Part shown: piece by piece, positions 1 to 9,423 of the stretch
Position numbering within the stretch: position 1 is the stretch's first letter
Layout of the letters: each line of letters starts with the position of its first letter
NCBI GenBank assembly: GCA_964370765.1
Contig: CAYJKW010000004.1
Span: 2,995 to 66,994 of the forward strand
DNA length: 64,000 bases
Source: an uncultured Oscillospiraceae bacterium
GTDB taxonomy: Bacteria > Bacillota > Clostridia > Oscillospirales > Ruminococcaceae
Direction of reading: 5' to 3'
Program-made: the position numbers and the translations under genes
Notes under the pieces: model-generated
What the model saw: only the letters and a program-made list of their open reading frames with translations
What the model was told of the DNA's origin: nothing
Databases searched by the model: none

Positions 1-432
1 GCCGCAGTTGAGGAAGGCATTGTAGCCGGTGGTGGTGTTGCACCTCTTAACACCATTAAGGCCGTTAAGGATGTAGCCGCTACACTTACAGGTGACCAGG
101 CAACTGGTGCTGCAATAGTGCTAAAAGCCTTAGAGGCACCTATTCGCCAGATATCTGCAAATGCAGGCATCGAAGGCTCGGTAATTCTTGATAAAATCTT
201 AACCTCTAACAAGGTTAACTACGGTTTTGATGCACAAAAAGAGGAATATGTGGATATGATTAAGGCCGGAATCGTTGACCCTGCTAAGGTTACACGTAGT
301 GCACTTCAAAATGCAGTTTCGGTTGCATCTATGGTTCTTACAACCGAGGCCCTTGTTTCGGACGAGCCGGAGCAAACCCCTGCACCTGCAATGCCAAATC
401 CTGGTATGGGCGGCATGGGCGGCATGTACTAA
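1..432 (+). CDS. groL: Chaperonin GroEL, C-terminal fragment (5' end lies outside the window)
   Basis: Frame 1 is open from base 1 ([13 protein letters not shown]...). The protein ends in the GroEL-typical Gly-Met tail [11 protein letters not shown] hairpin terminator follows. Confidence 0.95.
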   Translation, partial: AAVEEGIVAGGGVAPLNTIKAVKDVAATLTGDQATGAAIVLKALEAPIRQISANAGIEGSVILDKILTSNKVNYGFDAQKEEYVDMIKAGIVDPAKVTRSALQNAVSVASMVLTTEALVSDEPEQTPAPAMPNPGMGGMGGMY

Positions 433-488
433 GGCATAAATAGATGCTTTAAAACCGCTACCATAGCTTAGTGTTATTACCAAAGAAA

Positions 489-527
489 AACAACCCTATT
501 ACCTAAAGGTGATAGGGTTGTTTTTTG
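489..527. terminator. Bidirectional intrinsic terminator between groL and the convergent small membrane protein gene
   Basis: Perfect 11-bp stem aacaaccctat (489-499) / atagggttgtt (512-522). It is flanked by an A-run upstream and a T-run downstream. Confidence 0.7.
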
Positions 528-538
528 TATTATTAATA

Positions 539-817
539 TTATCTGCTTTTTATAAGGGTAATGCCATTTATCAATACAGAAATTACTACTAACCCCCATA
601 GCATTCCGGACATTGTAGGCATAACATCCATCAATGCCGACCAATCCTCTGTAACGACCCGTTCAGCTTCCATACTGTACAGGGTACATACAGTTAAGGC
701 AGTTAGGGATATACTTGCAAACCTAAAAACTTCAGATTTTTTAGACTTCGTCCACCACACTAAATTAAGTACAGCCATTATAATAGCACCAAGGCCAAAT
801 ATCATCCACATAATCAT
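539..817 (-). CDS. Small hydrophobic membrane protein (about 3 TM), unknown function
   Basis: 92-aa ORF with a GAGGA Shine-Dalgarno just upstream of the ATG and three hydrophobic segments. I recognise no family. Confidence 0.5.
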   Translation of the reverse strand: MIMWMIFGLGAIIMAVLNLVWWTKSKKSEVFRFASISLTALTVCTLYSMEAERVVTEDWSALMDVMPTMSGMLWGLVVISVLINGITLIKSR

Positions 818-1169
818 ATCCTCAAAACTAAATTATTATATAATGTAAATATTTTCAACTTATCTGTAAACCATTACTGTCAAAAGTTTGTTTTATTACC
901 TTCTTTGTAAGATGAATAACGATAATATATAAGAAAAGTTATATTGCTACAAGTACAATAACTAATCCACCCATAATTCCAAACTGCTCAAAACATTATT
1001 CGGTTAAATATAATTAATTTTCAATTATTATAGCATGTTTCAAGATAAAAGTCTACAAAAAAAATCATAAATTATCACAATAATACATTAAGCATAGTTA
1101 CTAATAGTTGTTTTAAAACTTATAATATGATATAGTGTTGATAAACATTTTATTGACAGGGCAGATAGC

Positions 1170-2015
1170 ATGACAGAATTTATTGTAGATAAAGAATCAT
1201 CATTAGAGCGGTTTGTTAGGGCTCGTTCGTTTGGAATGGGTTTTGGTCGCTATGCTGGTTATATTAAGCAGAACAAGATAAAGCTAAATGGCAAGAAAGC
1301 AAAATTGACCGATAAGGTCAAACAAGGCGATTCTATAAAGCTATTTTTTGAGTTACACAATCCACCTATAGAAATAGTATATAACGACAATCAACTCGTC
1401 ATAATAGATAAACCACAGGGGCTACCAAGTGTTGGGAACTATTACTTCACTGCCGAAAAGGCTATGCTAAAGCTATTTCCTGATGCAAAAATCTGTCATC
1501 GGCTTGATACCGGTACCTGTGGGTTGTTAATTTTTGCATTGACCGAATCGGTTTATGAGTTTATTCTTAGTATGCAAAAGATCCAAGGCTTCAAAAAATT
1601 TTATAGGACTGTAGTATCAGGAAAACCAGAAAAAAATGATTTTACGTTTTTGACACATCATTTAGTAAAAAGTAGTTTAGAGTCCCGCGTAAGGGTGTAT
1701 GATAATTCTGTCCGAGATAGTCAAGAGTGTAAGCTGGTATACCGTGTTGTAAAAAACAACAGTTCGCTGGCACTTTTGGACATTCAACTGTTCACCGGAA
1801 GAACCCATCAGATCCGTGCGCAACTTGACCACTGTGGTTTACCTATCGTTGGTGACGATAAATATGGTGATCGTGCTGTAAATAAGCATTATAGGGTGTT
1901 TGGGCCTATATTACAGGCATATAAGTTAGACTTTAGCGAAACAAAGGGTGATTACACCTTCTGTGGAAAGGTAATCACCCTTGAAGAACCGGAGTTCATT
2001 AAAAATATTATCTAA
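1170..2015 (+). CDS. RluA-family 23S rRNA/tRNA pseudouridine synthase
   Basis: Catalytic-Asp motif ICHRLDTGTCGLL and the conserved FTGRTHQIRAQL motif. The N-terminal region is S4-like. Confidence 0.9.
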   Translation: MTEFIVDKESSLERFVRARSFGMGFGRYAGYIKQNKIKLNGKKAKLTDKVKQGDSIKLFFELHNPPIEIVYNDNQLVIIDKPQGLPSVGNYYFTAEKAMLKLFPDAKICHRLDTGTCGLLIFALTESVYEFILSMQKIQGFKKFYRTVVSGKPEKNDFTFLTHHLVKSSLESRVRVYDNSVRDSQECKLVYRVVKNNSSLALLDIQLFTGRTHQIRAQLDHCGLPIVGDDKYGDRAVNKHYRVFGPILQAYKLDFSETKGDYTFCGKVITLEEPEFIKNII

Positions 2016-2583
2016 TCATGGCCTTCAATTGATCAATCGTTAGCATATATGGTAATAACCTACACATTGACCTTGTACTTAACCGACTTGGCAACCCGAG
2101 CTCCTCCAGTAAGGCCCTGCGCTTTGTGGCACTATCAGCCTTTCCGTTAAGACCTAATGTGTATAGTAGCGCCACATTAAATTCTTCACGATTTTCACAG
2201 TCTTTGTTAGCTACCGATAATATAGCTTTTAGAATATCTTCCTCCCCCACTGACTCTACACCTAGCAGTCCAGCCTTAGAAGATATACGTTTTCTTTTTT
2301 CTACACCGGATATTTCCGGTATATATGCATGTTTTACCTGTTGCGGTGGTATAAGTTGCGCTACAAATGCTCTTATTTTAAAGCCTGCTGCATCACTATC
2401 TGTCAAGATGATTATCCCCTGTTTCTTTGCAAAGTTAATTATCATACTTTGTATCGATTTATCATTAAAAACCGCAAAACCACCGGTTTCAATAACTGCA
2501 GATGATATAAAACCCCTTAATCGCTCTACATCGTAGTGGCCTTCTACAACAATTGCTTCCTTAATATTAATCTTCTCCATCAT
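2008..2583 (-). CDS. rnmV: Toprim-domain ribonuclease M5-like protein
   Basis: IVVEGHYD...IETGG...IIILTDSDAAGFKIR matches the Toprim core of RNase M5. The stop overlaps the convergent rluA-like gene by 8 nt. Confidence 0.75.
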   Translation of the reverse strand: MMEKINIKEAIVVEGHYDVERLRGFISSAVIETGGFAVFNDKSIQSMIINFAKKQGIIILTDSDAAGFKIRAFVAQLIPPQQVKHAYIPEISGVEKRKRISSKAGLLGVESVGEEDILKAILSVANKDCENREEFNVALLYTLGLNGKADSATKRRALLEELGLPSRLSTRSMCRLLPYMLTIDQLKAMIR

Positions 2584-3584
2584 CTTTTCCTTGTTAATCT
2601 ACCTATCTTTATCAGATAACTGTACAGAATAATTTCCCGCTGTGCAGCGGTGGATTTTAATTTAAGATCTGCATTAAGTAGTAGGCCCATTATTGCTTTA
2701 ATGGCTTTAATATTAATCTTTCCTGCTATCTCATTAGCCTTCTTTAAGCGATAATCACTGCCGTTATATCCAAAATCTTTAAAAACAGTGCCGTATCTTT
2801 TTCCATAGTTCGATGCTAACTTCACCCTATAAATATCTACAAACGATCCTGTAATTGCTGCAAGTATGGCTATCGGTTCCTGTCCTTGTTCTAATAAAAT
2901 CGATAAGCGTGAAAAACATTGTCCTTGATTTCCGGATACCAAGGCAGATATCATTAAAAATATGTCGGTAGAAAGAATTGTCGTGCTTATCTCATCTACA
3001 TTTTTTGTTGTAATATTTTTATAGCCACTGACTGCAGCAACCTTTTGCAGCTCGTTATTTAGTAGGAAAATATCATTGGAAAATTTATTGACCATAAGGT
3101 CTACAGCATCAGGGTCAATAGTACAGTTTAGCATCTTTATATCTGCATTAATCTTCTTTTTTATGCGCTCCCCTGTTAAATTTGCAATGAATTTATAACT
3201 ACCTATCTCATTAAACAGGCTAATTGTCTGTTTAACTCGTTTACTCTCCGCTACGTATTTATCCTGAAAAAGCATAAAAACAGCAACTCTACAGCTTTCA
3301 CAAAGTTCTATAGACTCAAAAAGAAGATCAAAGTCTTCATCAGTAAATTTTTTTACTTCGGTTATATTTATAATTACAACTCTCTTGCTACTGAGAAATG
3401 ATATAATCCCTAAATCCCCTATTATCTCGGATACATCGAACGAACCCTGTTCATAACGAATCATTTCTTCTGCACTGTTTTCCTTAACATATTCTGTTTG
3501 GGCTAAACGCAACAGCGAATTATCTTCAGAGGCATATAAAATAAAGTCTCTTTTGTTGTCCTTAACAGTTGTGATTTGATTCAT
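2580..3584 (-). CDS. holA: DNA polymerase III delta subunit
   Basis: 334 aa, the expected size. It sits in the conserved position downstream of comEC, and the sequence pattern looks delta-subunit-like by eye. Confidence 0.8.
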   Translation of the reverse strand: MNQITTVKDNKRDFILYASEDNSLLRLAQTEYVKENSAEEMIRYEQGSFDVSEIIGDLGIISFLSSKRVVIINITEVKKFTDEDFDLLFESIELCESCRVAVFMLFQDKYVAESKRVKQTISLFNEIGSYKFIANLTGERIKKKINADIKMLNCTIDPDAVDLMVNKFSNDIFLLNNELQKVAAVSGYKNITTKNVDEISTTILSTDIFLMISALVSGNQGQCFSRLSILLEQGQEPIAILAAITGSFVDIYRVKLASNYGKRYGTVFKDFGYNGSDYRLKKANEIAGKINIKAIKAIMGLLLNADLKLKSTAAQREIILYSYLIKIGRLTRKR

Positions 3585-3585
3585 T

Positions 3586-5634
3586 TTAATCCTCTATTAT
3601 ATACGATACCTGTGGCCTAACCCAGACCATTGAAATATTATCCGATTGCAAAATCTCATCGGCGGCAAAATCAATACAGACCGAGGGTTTTCGACTAACA
3701 AGTGTTTGTGTGTCTATATTATACTGTTTTGCAGATCCCGCTACAACTAAGTCTTGAATACAATAGCCTTCATAATCTGCTTCACCACTTGATATAGCAA
3801 TATTGTAACCCGATACATCAACTAGGCAGATATTGGAATTATTTTGCTTTCTTAGCTGAATGTTTATATCTTCCATTACTGTAAAGCTATCGGAATAATA
3901 GTCTAGATTTTCAAAGTTATATGTATTATCACTAAGCAATGTTAAGCTACTTTCTGCGTGAGAAATATCAATAATCTCATCAATATCCCTAATATTTCTT
4001 TTAGCAAGAAATCGCTCAATCTCATTATTGTTGCTTTTTGTCCCCCTATATATTACAGCTGCATTATTGTTTTTAGTTATAACAACAACCGGATTTAGTG
4101 TTTGCCCTATCACCGCAACATGTATTGTGTTATAATCTATGACCGCAAAGGTTATGATTCCCGATAATATAACAATTGCACCTGACAGTACTGCAAGTTT
4201 AGGTTTTTCGAAAATTATATTTAATATTATTGCAATAAATGCAACAATTAATAACAAAAATGGATAACTTCCAAAGAAGTGTATAAATTGCCATTCTATC
4301 TGGGCGACAAAGTTTGAAAGATTAATTAAAACTTCTATTAGAAATTCATCCAACGATAGAATAAAGGATGTAACCAGAGGTATAGGAAGCACAGTGGTTA
4401 CTAATGCCACAAGGGTAATACAGATAATTGGTGTAGCCATTAAAACGGCTATAAGATTAGCCGGTATTGCAAGAAGTGATACGCCATCACCAAGTGCAGC
4501 AAAAACGGGCATAGTGGCAACAATAGCACAGGCTGAGGTTATTGTTGCCGATATAACATAGGCTAACGGCCTATTAAAGTTTTTTATCTTCTCGTGTAAT
4601 GGGCTGTAAATCTCGTTACCAAATAATATTCCAATAGTTGCAAAAAGTGATAGTAGCAACGATAGATCGATGCTACTGTAGGGGTTTAAAAGTGTAACAA
4701 CCAACACAGCAAACCCAAGCGAAGTATACGTATCGGAGCGTCTACCAACCAACCTTGATAGCGAAAGCATAACAACGACAAAGGCTGCACGAATTACAGA
4801 AAGTCTTACTCCGCAAAGCAAGGTGTAAAGTATTACCACAACTATCAATACAGGATAGATAACAAACTTATTGTCTGATAACTTTTGTAGTGAGACCAAG
4901 AATAGACCCGATAAAATAGATAGGTGCAAGCCGGAAACAACAAGTATGTGTGAAAGCCCGGATTTACTAAAATTTGCCATTTGTTCATAACTTAGACCTG
5001 ATCGGTCACCATAAGTCATTGCAGCTGCAATACCGATACTGTCTTCACCTAAATATGGATTTAAGCGCGCTGTAAGTTTAGCCTGAATCTCTTTAAAAAA
5101 GTAGCTTACACCGTTCCCCTCGCTTATTATTGATAGACCTCCGGTATATATTGAGGATAAAAACACACCATCAATATACATCTCCAATGCATCTGTACCG
5201 GCATCAACAATCATAACATTGCAAGAAATCTTTTGTCCCTGCAATACATCCGGTGCTTCTGTAATGCCTATCAGCCTACCGGTTGGCAGGCTGTCAGATT
5301 CGGTAATTCTAAGTTGTAGTGTGTTTGTATCGTATATTGTTCCTCTGGCATCCTCTACCACACCTACAAGACTATGCTGTCCGGTAGGCTGGTTGCTCTC
5401 CCATTCTATAACAACCATATTGAAAAAAATTAGATATAGCTGTGCAATTACAGATGAAGTAGCAATGACCACCATAGTTATCGCCGTTGTTTTTCTTTTA
5501 TTTCTTAAGAACCATGCTGATAATAATAGGCACGTCACTACAATAAGCACAAACCAAAGTCCGACATCGGTCAATATAGTAATTATCAACGAAAATAGAA
5601 AGCTAAAGCCAAAATAGGCTAAAGGCCTTCTCAT
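3586..5634 (-). CDS. comEC: DNA internalization competence protein ComEC/Rec2 (C-terminal beta-lactamase-like domain degenerate)
   Basis: 682 aa and polytopic. The competence-domain pattern is present (SGLSHILVVSGLHLS..., RAAFVV...). It lies in comEC-holA synteny. Confidence 0.85.
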   Translation of the reverse strand: MRRPLAYFGFSFLFSLIITILTDVGLWFVLIVVTCLLLSAWFLRNKRKTTAITMVVIATSSVIAQLYLIFFNMVVIEWESNQPTGQHSLVGVVEDARGTIYDTNTLQLRITESDSLPTGRLIGITEAPDVLQGQKISCNVMIVDAGTDALEMYIDGVFLSSIYTGGLSIISEGNGVSYFFKEIQAKLTARLNPYLGEDSIGIAAAMTYGDRSGLSYEQMANFSKSGLSHILVVSGLHLSILSGLFLVSLQKLSDNKFVIYPVLIVVVILYTLLCGVRLSVIRAAFVVVMLSLSRLVGRRSDTYTSLGFAVLVVTLLNPYSSIDLSLLLSLFATIGILFGNEIYSPLHEKIKNFNRPLAYVISATITSACAIVATMPVFAALGDGVSLLAIPANLIAVLMATPIICITLVALVTTVLPIPLVTSFILSLDEFLIEVLINLSNFVAQIEWQFIHFFGSYPFLLLIVAFIAIILNIIFEKPKLAVLSGAIVILSGIITFAVIDYNTIHVAVIGQTLNPVVVITKNNNAAVIYRGTKSNNNEIERFLAKRNIRDIDEIIDISHAESSLTLLSDNTYNFENLDYYSDSFTVMEDINIQLRKQNNSNICLVDVSGYNIAISSGEADYEGYCIQDLVVAGSAKQYNIDTQTLVSRKPSVCIDFAADEILQSDNISMVWVRPQVSYIIED

Positions 5635-5637
5635 AAA

Positions 5638-6177
5638 CTATTTAAAAAACAGAGGAAGTGGTGCAAGATATGTCAAATCGTCCCTCTCAATTGCTTCTCC
5701 CTCGGCTAATACTGCCGCCTTACAAACAACAGTAGCGGATGCAGTTTCTACTATCCGTTCAAGTGCATACAGTGATCCACCTGTACTAATTACATCGTCT
5801 ACAATAAATATACGTTTACCTTTCATTAGGCTTAGATCATCGCTATCCATTACAAGGTGCTGTTCCCTGTCGGTTGTTATGCTGCGAACATTAAACAACT
5901 GTGGATCGTTCATATATAATTTGGTACCCTTACGAGCTACTATGTAAGGCTTGTTGGCATTTCTTGCCATCTCGTATACTAAAGGAATACTTTTTGCCTC
6001 GGCAGTAAATAGTATGTCAAAGTCAGGAGCTAGTTTCAGTAGCTCCTCGGCACAGGCAATCGTAAGCTCTACATCATTAAACATATTAAATGCAGCAATA
6101 GATAGCTTATCGTCTACCCTACATATCGGAAGTTTCCTTGTTAATCCTGCAATATTAATTTCATGATATTCTGCCAT
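5638..6177 (-). CDS. Phosphoribosyltransferase family protein (purine PRT-like)
   Basis: PRPP-binding loop RIFIVDDVISTGGSL. 179 aa. Confidence 0.75.
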   Translation of the reverse strand: MAEYHEINIAGLTRKLPICRVDDKLSIAAFNMFNDVELTIACAEELLKLAPDFDILFTAEAKSIPLVYEMARNANKPYIVARKGTKLYMNDPQLFNVRSITTDREQHLVMDSDDLSLMKGKRIFIVDDVISTGGSLYALERIVETASATVVCKAAVLAEGEAIERDDLTYLAPLPLFFK

Positions 6178-6191
6178 AATAACTCCTTAAT

Positions 6192-6527
6192 TTATAGTTC
6201 AGGCCAACTTAAGGCCTTGCCACCTAGAAGATGAAAATGTAGATGCATAACCGATTGACCGGCCTCCTTACCAACATTTGTAATAAGCCTATAACCGTTT
6301 TCCAACCCTTGTTGTTTGGCGACTGTGTCAGCAACATAGAAAATCTTTTCACTTAGTTCCTGCTTAGAAACAAGCTCTGAAGCATTTTTAAGATGCTCCT
6401 TCGGAATTATTAAAAGGTGGACCGGCGCCACAGGAGCTATGTCTTTTATTACAAAGCAAAAATCATCTTCATATACAGCATTAAATGGAATCTCCCCCTT
6501 TTGCATAGAACAAAATAAACAGTCCAT
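6192..6527 (-). CDS. HIT (histidine triad) family nucleotide hydrolase
   Basis: Histidine triad HLHFHLLGG near the C-terminus. 111 aa. Confidence 0.9.
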   Translation of the reverse strand: MDCLFCSMQKGEIPFNAVYEDDFCFVIKDIAPVAPVHLLIIPKEHLKNASELVSKQELSEKIFYVADTVAKQQGLENGYRLITNVGKEAGQSVMHLHFHLLGGKALSWPEL

Positions 6528-6535
6528 ACCCTCTC

Positions 6536-9178
6536 CTATAATATATCTGTAATGCTATCAATAACAGATGTAAGCTCTTTATCCGACTTTAATCCACCCA
6601 TTGCAATATCAGGCTTTCCGCCACCACTACCATTAAATTTAGATGCAACAGCCTTAATTATTGATCCGGCAGAACTACCTGCCGCAATAGCCGACTTTCC
6701 ACAGGCAGCAACCATGGACACCTTACCATTTGAAGATCCTAAAAGAAAAACAATGCTATCATCACTGCGGCTTTTCAGGTTAACAGCACATTCCCTTAAT
6801 GTGTTCGCATCAACATCTACAAGAATGCCTGAGTAAAGTATTCCTTTATTATGTTGTTTTGAATCAGCTATTATCTTAGTTAACTGTTCATCTGCTGCAG
6901 CTGATTTTAATGAGGCAATAACAGCATCTTTTTCCTTTAGCTCACTAACCATTGCAGTAATTTTTGACATAAGTTCTGAAGGGTTATTTAGCTTTATCAC
7001 ATCAGCACAACCCGATAGAAGTTCATCCTTTTCTTTAATATAGCCAAGTACACCCATTCCGGTTGTTGCTTCAATTCGTCTTACACCGGCAGCTACAGAA
7101 TTCTCGGACAAAATTTTAAAACAACCTATCTCTGATGTGTTTGAAACATGACAGCCACCACAAAACTCAACTGAATAGTCCCCTGCCGCAACAACCCTTA
7201 CAACATCGCCATACTTCTCACCAAACAAAGCCTGTGCTCCAAGCTGCTTGGCCTTTTCAATAGGCATCTGTTCAGCAGTAACTGTAAGATTATTAAAAAT
7301 TGCTTCATTTACCTTCTGCTCAACAAGGCTTAGTTCCTCTTTAGTAGTTTGAGCAAAATGTGTGAAGTCAAAGCGCACGCGTTTTTCATCTACAAAAGAC
7401 CCAGCCTGATGAACATGGTCACCAAGCACATCAATAAGTGCTTTTTGTAGTAGATGTGCTGATGTATGGTTACGCTTTATAGAGTCTCTGCGACCCTTGT
7501 TGACCTTAGCAGTCAAAGCGTCGCCGGTTTTAATTGATCCGTTGACCAATTTGCATTTGTGTAAAAATAAACCACCTGAAATTTTGACAGTATCAACTAC
7601 CTCAGCTTTAAAGGTGTCGGTATAAAGAACCCCGCTGTCACCTACCTCACCACCGCCTTCGGCATAAAAAGGTGTTTTTTCAAGAATAATTGCGATATCA
7701 TTCTTCTGGTCATTATCCAGCGACTCATTGACCGCCTCGGTAAGTTCTCCCCCAACGGCTAACGCCAACACTTTTGAGTCTGTAGAAAGATTTTCATACC
7801 CACAAAACTCGGTTGCTACTAAGTTTTTTTCAGAGAAAATCTCTTCTACCCAGCTTGCATCGCCCTGTTTTGCGCGGGCTTTACGTGCCTTATTTTTTTG
7901 TTCTTGTAACAGAGCTTTAAAGCCATCCTCGTCTAACTCAAGGTTCTGTTCCGATAGAATTTCTTTAGTCAAATCAAGAGGAAATCCAAATGTATCACTA
8001 AGCTTAAAGGCTATGTCCCCGCCTAGTACCTTTGCTCCGGATTTATTAAGCTTTTCTATCTCATCCATGAGCAGTGATGAACCACTGTCGATAGTTTTAG
8101 CAAAACGCTCTTCCTCTACACCGATAACTTTTTTAATATAATCGGCATTTTCTGATAATTCGGGATAGGACTTTAGATTTAAGCTAATTACAGTTTCACA
8201 TAATTTTTGTAAAAAAGCACCTTTTATACCTAATAACCGTCCATGTCTCGCTGCACGGCGAAGTAGGCGACGTAATACATAACCACGCCCCTCGTTACTT
8301 GGCAGCACCCCATCACCAACTAAAAATACGGTACTACGAATATGGTCAGTAATAACTCTTACTGATATGTCCTTACGTTTCTCTTCCTTATAGCTATATC
8401 CTGAAAGTTTCTCTATCTCATTAATTATTGATTGCATTGTGTCAACCTCGAAAAGGTTGTCCACACCCTGCAATACACAGGCAAGGCGTTCTAATCCCAT
8501 ACCGGTATCTATATTTCCGTGTTGCATCTTTTCGTAGTTACCCTTTCCATCCGAAATGAACTGGGTAAAAACAAGGTTCCATACTTCTATATAGCGATCA
8601 CATTCACAGCCAACCTTACAGTCAGGCTTGCCACAGCCATGCTTAATACCACGATCAAAATATATTTCACTACATGGACCGCATGGGCCGGCACCAATTT
8701 CCCAAAAGTTATCTTCTTTTCCAAATCGAACCATGCGCTCAGGCGGAATTTTAAGCTGCTTTGTCCATATATCAAATGCTTCATCATCTTCTTCGTAAAC
8801 AGAGAAATATAAAAGCTCAAGTGGGATATCAAGCTCGTTTATAAAAAAATCATAAGCAAATTTTATCGCCTCTTCCTTAAAATATGCCGCAAAGGAAAAA
8901 TTACCAAGCATTTCAAAAAAGGTGCCATGTCGTGCTGTTATTCCTACACTCTCAATATCTGGTGTACGAATACATTTTTGGCAGGATGTGGCCATGTTTC
9001 CGGGTACAAATTCCTGTAATAGGAAATATTTTTTAAGCGGTGCCATTCCGCTATTAATTAATAGTAAACTCTTGTCATCTGCCGGAACAAGAGGAAAGCT
9101 ACCGAACCTGTAGTGACCACGTTGCTCAAAAAAGGTTAAAAACCTTTCCCGTAGTTCATTTAGTCCAGTCCATTTCAT
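6536..9178 (-). CDS. alaS: Alanine--tRNA ligase
   Basis: 880 aa. The class II AlaRS N-terminus is present (FLTFFEQRGH, FTNAGM-like SGMAPLKKYF). The editing-domain HxxxH/CxxxH region is present (HTSAHLL ... CGGCHV), as is a C-terminal DHHA1-like end. Confidence 0.97.
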   Translation of the reverse strand: MKWTGLNELRERFLTFFEQRGHYRFGSFPLVPADDKSLLLINSGMAPLKKYFLLQEFVPGNMATSCQKCIRTPDIESVGITARHGTFFEMLGNFSFAAYFKEEAIKFAYDFFINELDIPLELLYFSVYEEDDEAFDIWTKQLKIPPERMVRFGKEDNFWEIGAGPCGPCSEIYFDRGIKHGCGKPDCKVGCECDRYIEVWNLVFTQFISDGKGNYEKMQHGNIDTGMGLERLACVLQGVDNLFEVDTMQSIINEIEKLSGYSYKEEKRKDISVRVITDHIRSTVFLVGDGVLPSNEGRGYVLRRLLRRAARHGRLLGIKGAFLQKLCETVISLNLKSYPELSENADYIKKVIGVEEERFAKTIDSGSSLLMDEIEKLNKSGAKVLGGDIAFKLSDTFGFPLDLTKEILSEQNLELDEDGFKALLQEQKNKARKARAKQGDASWVEEIFSEKNLVATEFCGYENLSTDSKVLALAVGGELTEAVNESLDNDQKNDIAIILEKTPFYAEGGGEVGDSGVLYTDTFKAEVVDTVKISGGLFLHKCKLVNGSIKTGDALTAKVNKGRRDSIKRNHTSAHLLQKALIDVLGDHVHQAGSFVDEKRVRFDFTHFAQTTKEELSLVEQKVNEAIFNNLTVTAEQMPIEKAKQLGAQALFGEKYGDVVRVVAAGDYSVEFCGGCHVSNTSEIGCFKILSENSVAAGVRRIEATTGMGVLGYIKEKDELLSGCADVIKLNNPSELMSKITAMVSELKEKDAVIASLKSAAADEQLTKIIADSKQHNKGILYSGILVDVDANTLRECAVNLKSRSDDSIVFLLGSSNGKVSMVAACGKSAIAAGSSAGSIIKAVASKFNGSGGGKPDIAMGGLKSDKELTSVIDSITDIL

Positions 9179-9342
9179 TCTTCACCTCATAGTTAATCTT
9201 TATTGCTAATTATATATCTAGTAAGGTTTTTTGTCAATATTTACTGATTAATGTATTATTAATCATGCTACTATATAATAGAACATTCTGATATTTATAT
9301 AGCTATTTACAATTATTGCCTTAATTACTGTTTATTGTGCCA

Positions 9343-9378
9343 ATTAATATGATATTTCATTGCTAATATCATATTAAT
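9343..9378. repeat. Perfect 13-bp inverted repeat (attaatatgatat N10 atatcatattaat) upstream of the Spo0A-like gene
   Basis: Read directly. The arms at 9343-9355 and 9366-9378 are exact reverse complements. Function is unknown; an operator or an RNA hairpin are both possible. Confidence 0.8.
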
Positions 9379-9423
9379 ATGTTAAAATGTAACAAACAAA
9401 ATATTTTTGAAAGGTTTGCTTAT

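Noticed and set aside
949-984. Eleven-codon hydrophobic mini-ORF (MGGLVIVLVAI) in the 350-bp AT-rich spacer upstream of the small membrane protein gene.
   Set aside because: It is too short, has a weak RBS, and nothing else supports it. The spacer otherwise shows no structured element.
2126-2536. 136-aa plus-strand ORF inside the RNase M5-like gene.
   Set aside because: It lies wholly antisense to a CDS with clear Toprim motifs. The translation is Ser/Leu/Ile-rich with no motif or RBS, as expected for a shadow ORF.
5219-5617. 132-aa plus-strand ORF inside comEC. The same type of antisense ORF occurs at 7728-8141, 15271-15882, 23008-23499, 39923-40360, 44401-44754 and 52818-53294.
   Set aside because: All are antisense shadows of long, well-supported genes, with low-complexity translations and no ribosome-binding sites.
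9179-9342. Expected T-box leader upstream of alaS, as in Bacillus.
   Set aside because: The 200-nt AT-rich upstream region contains no T-box-like core and no terminator hairpin on the minus strand.
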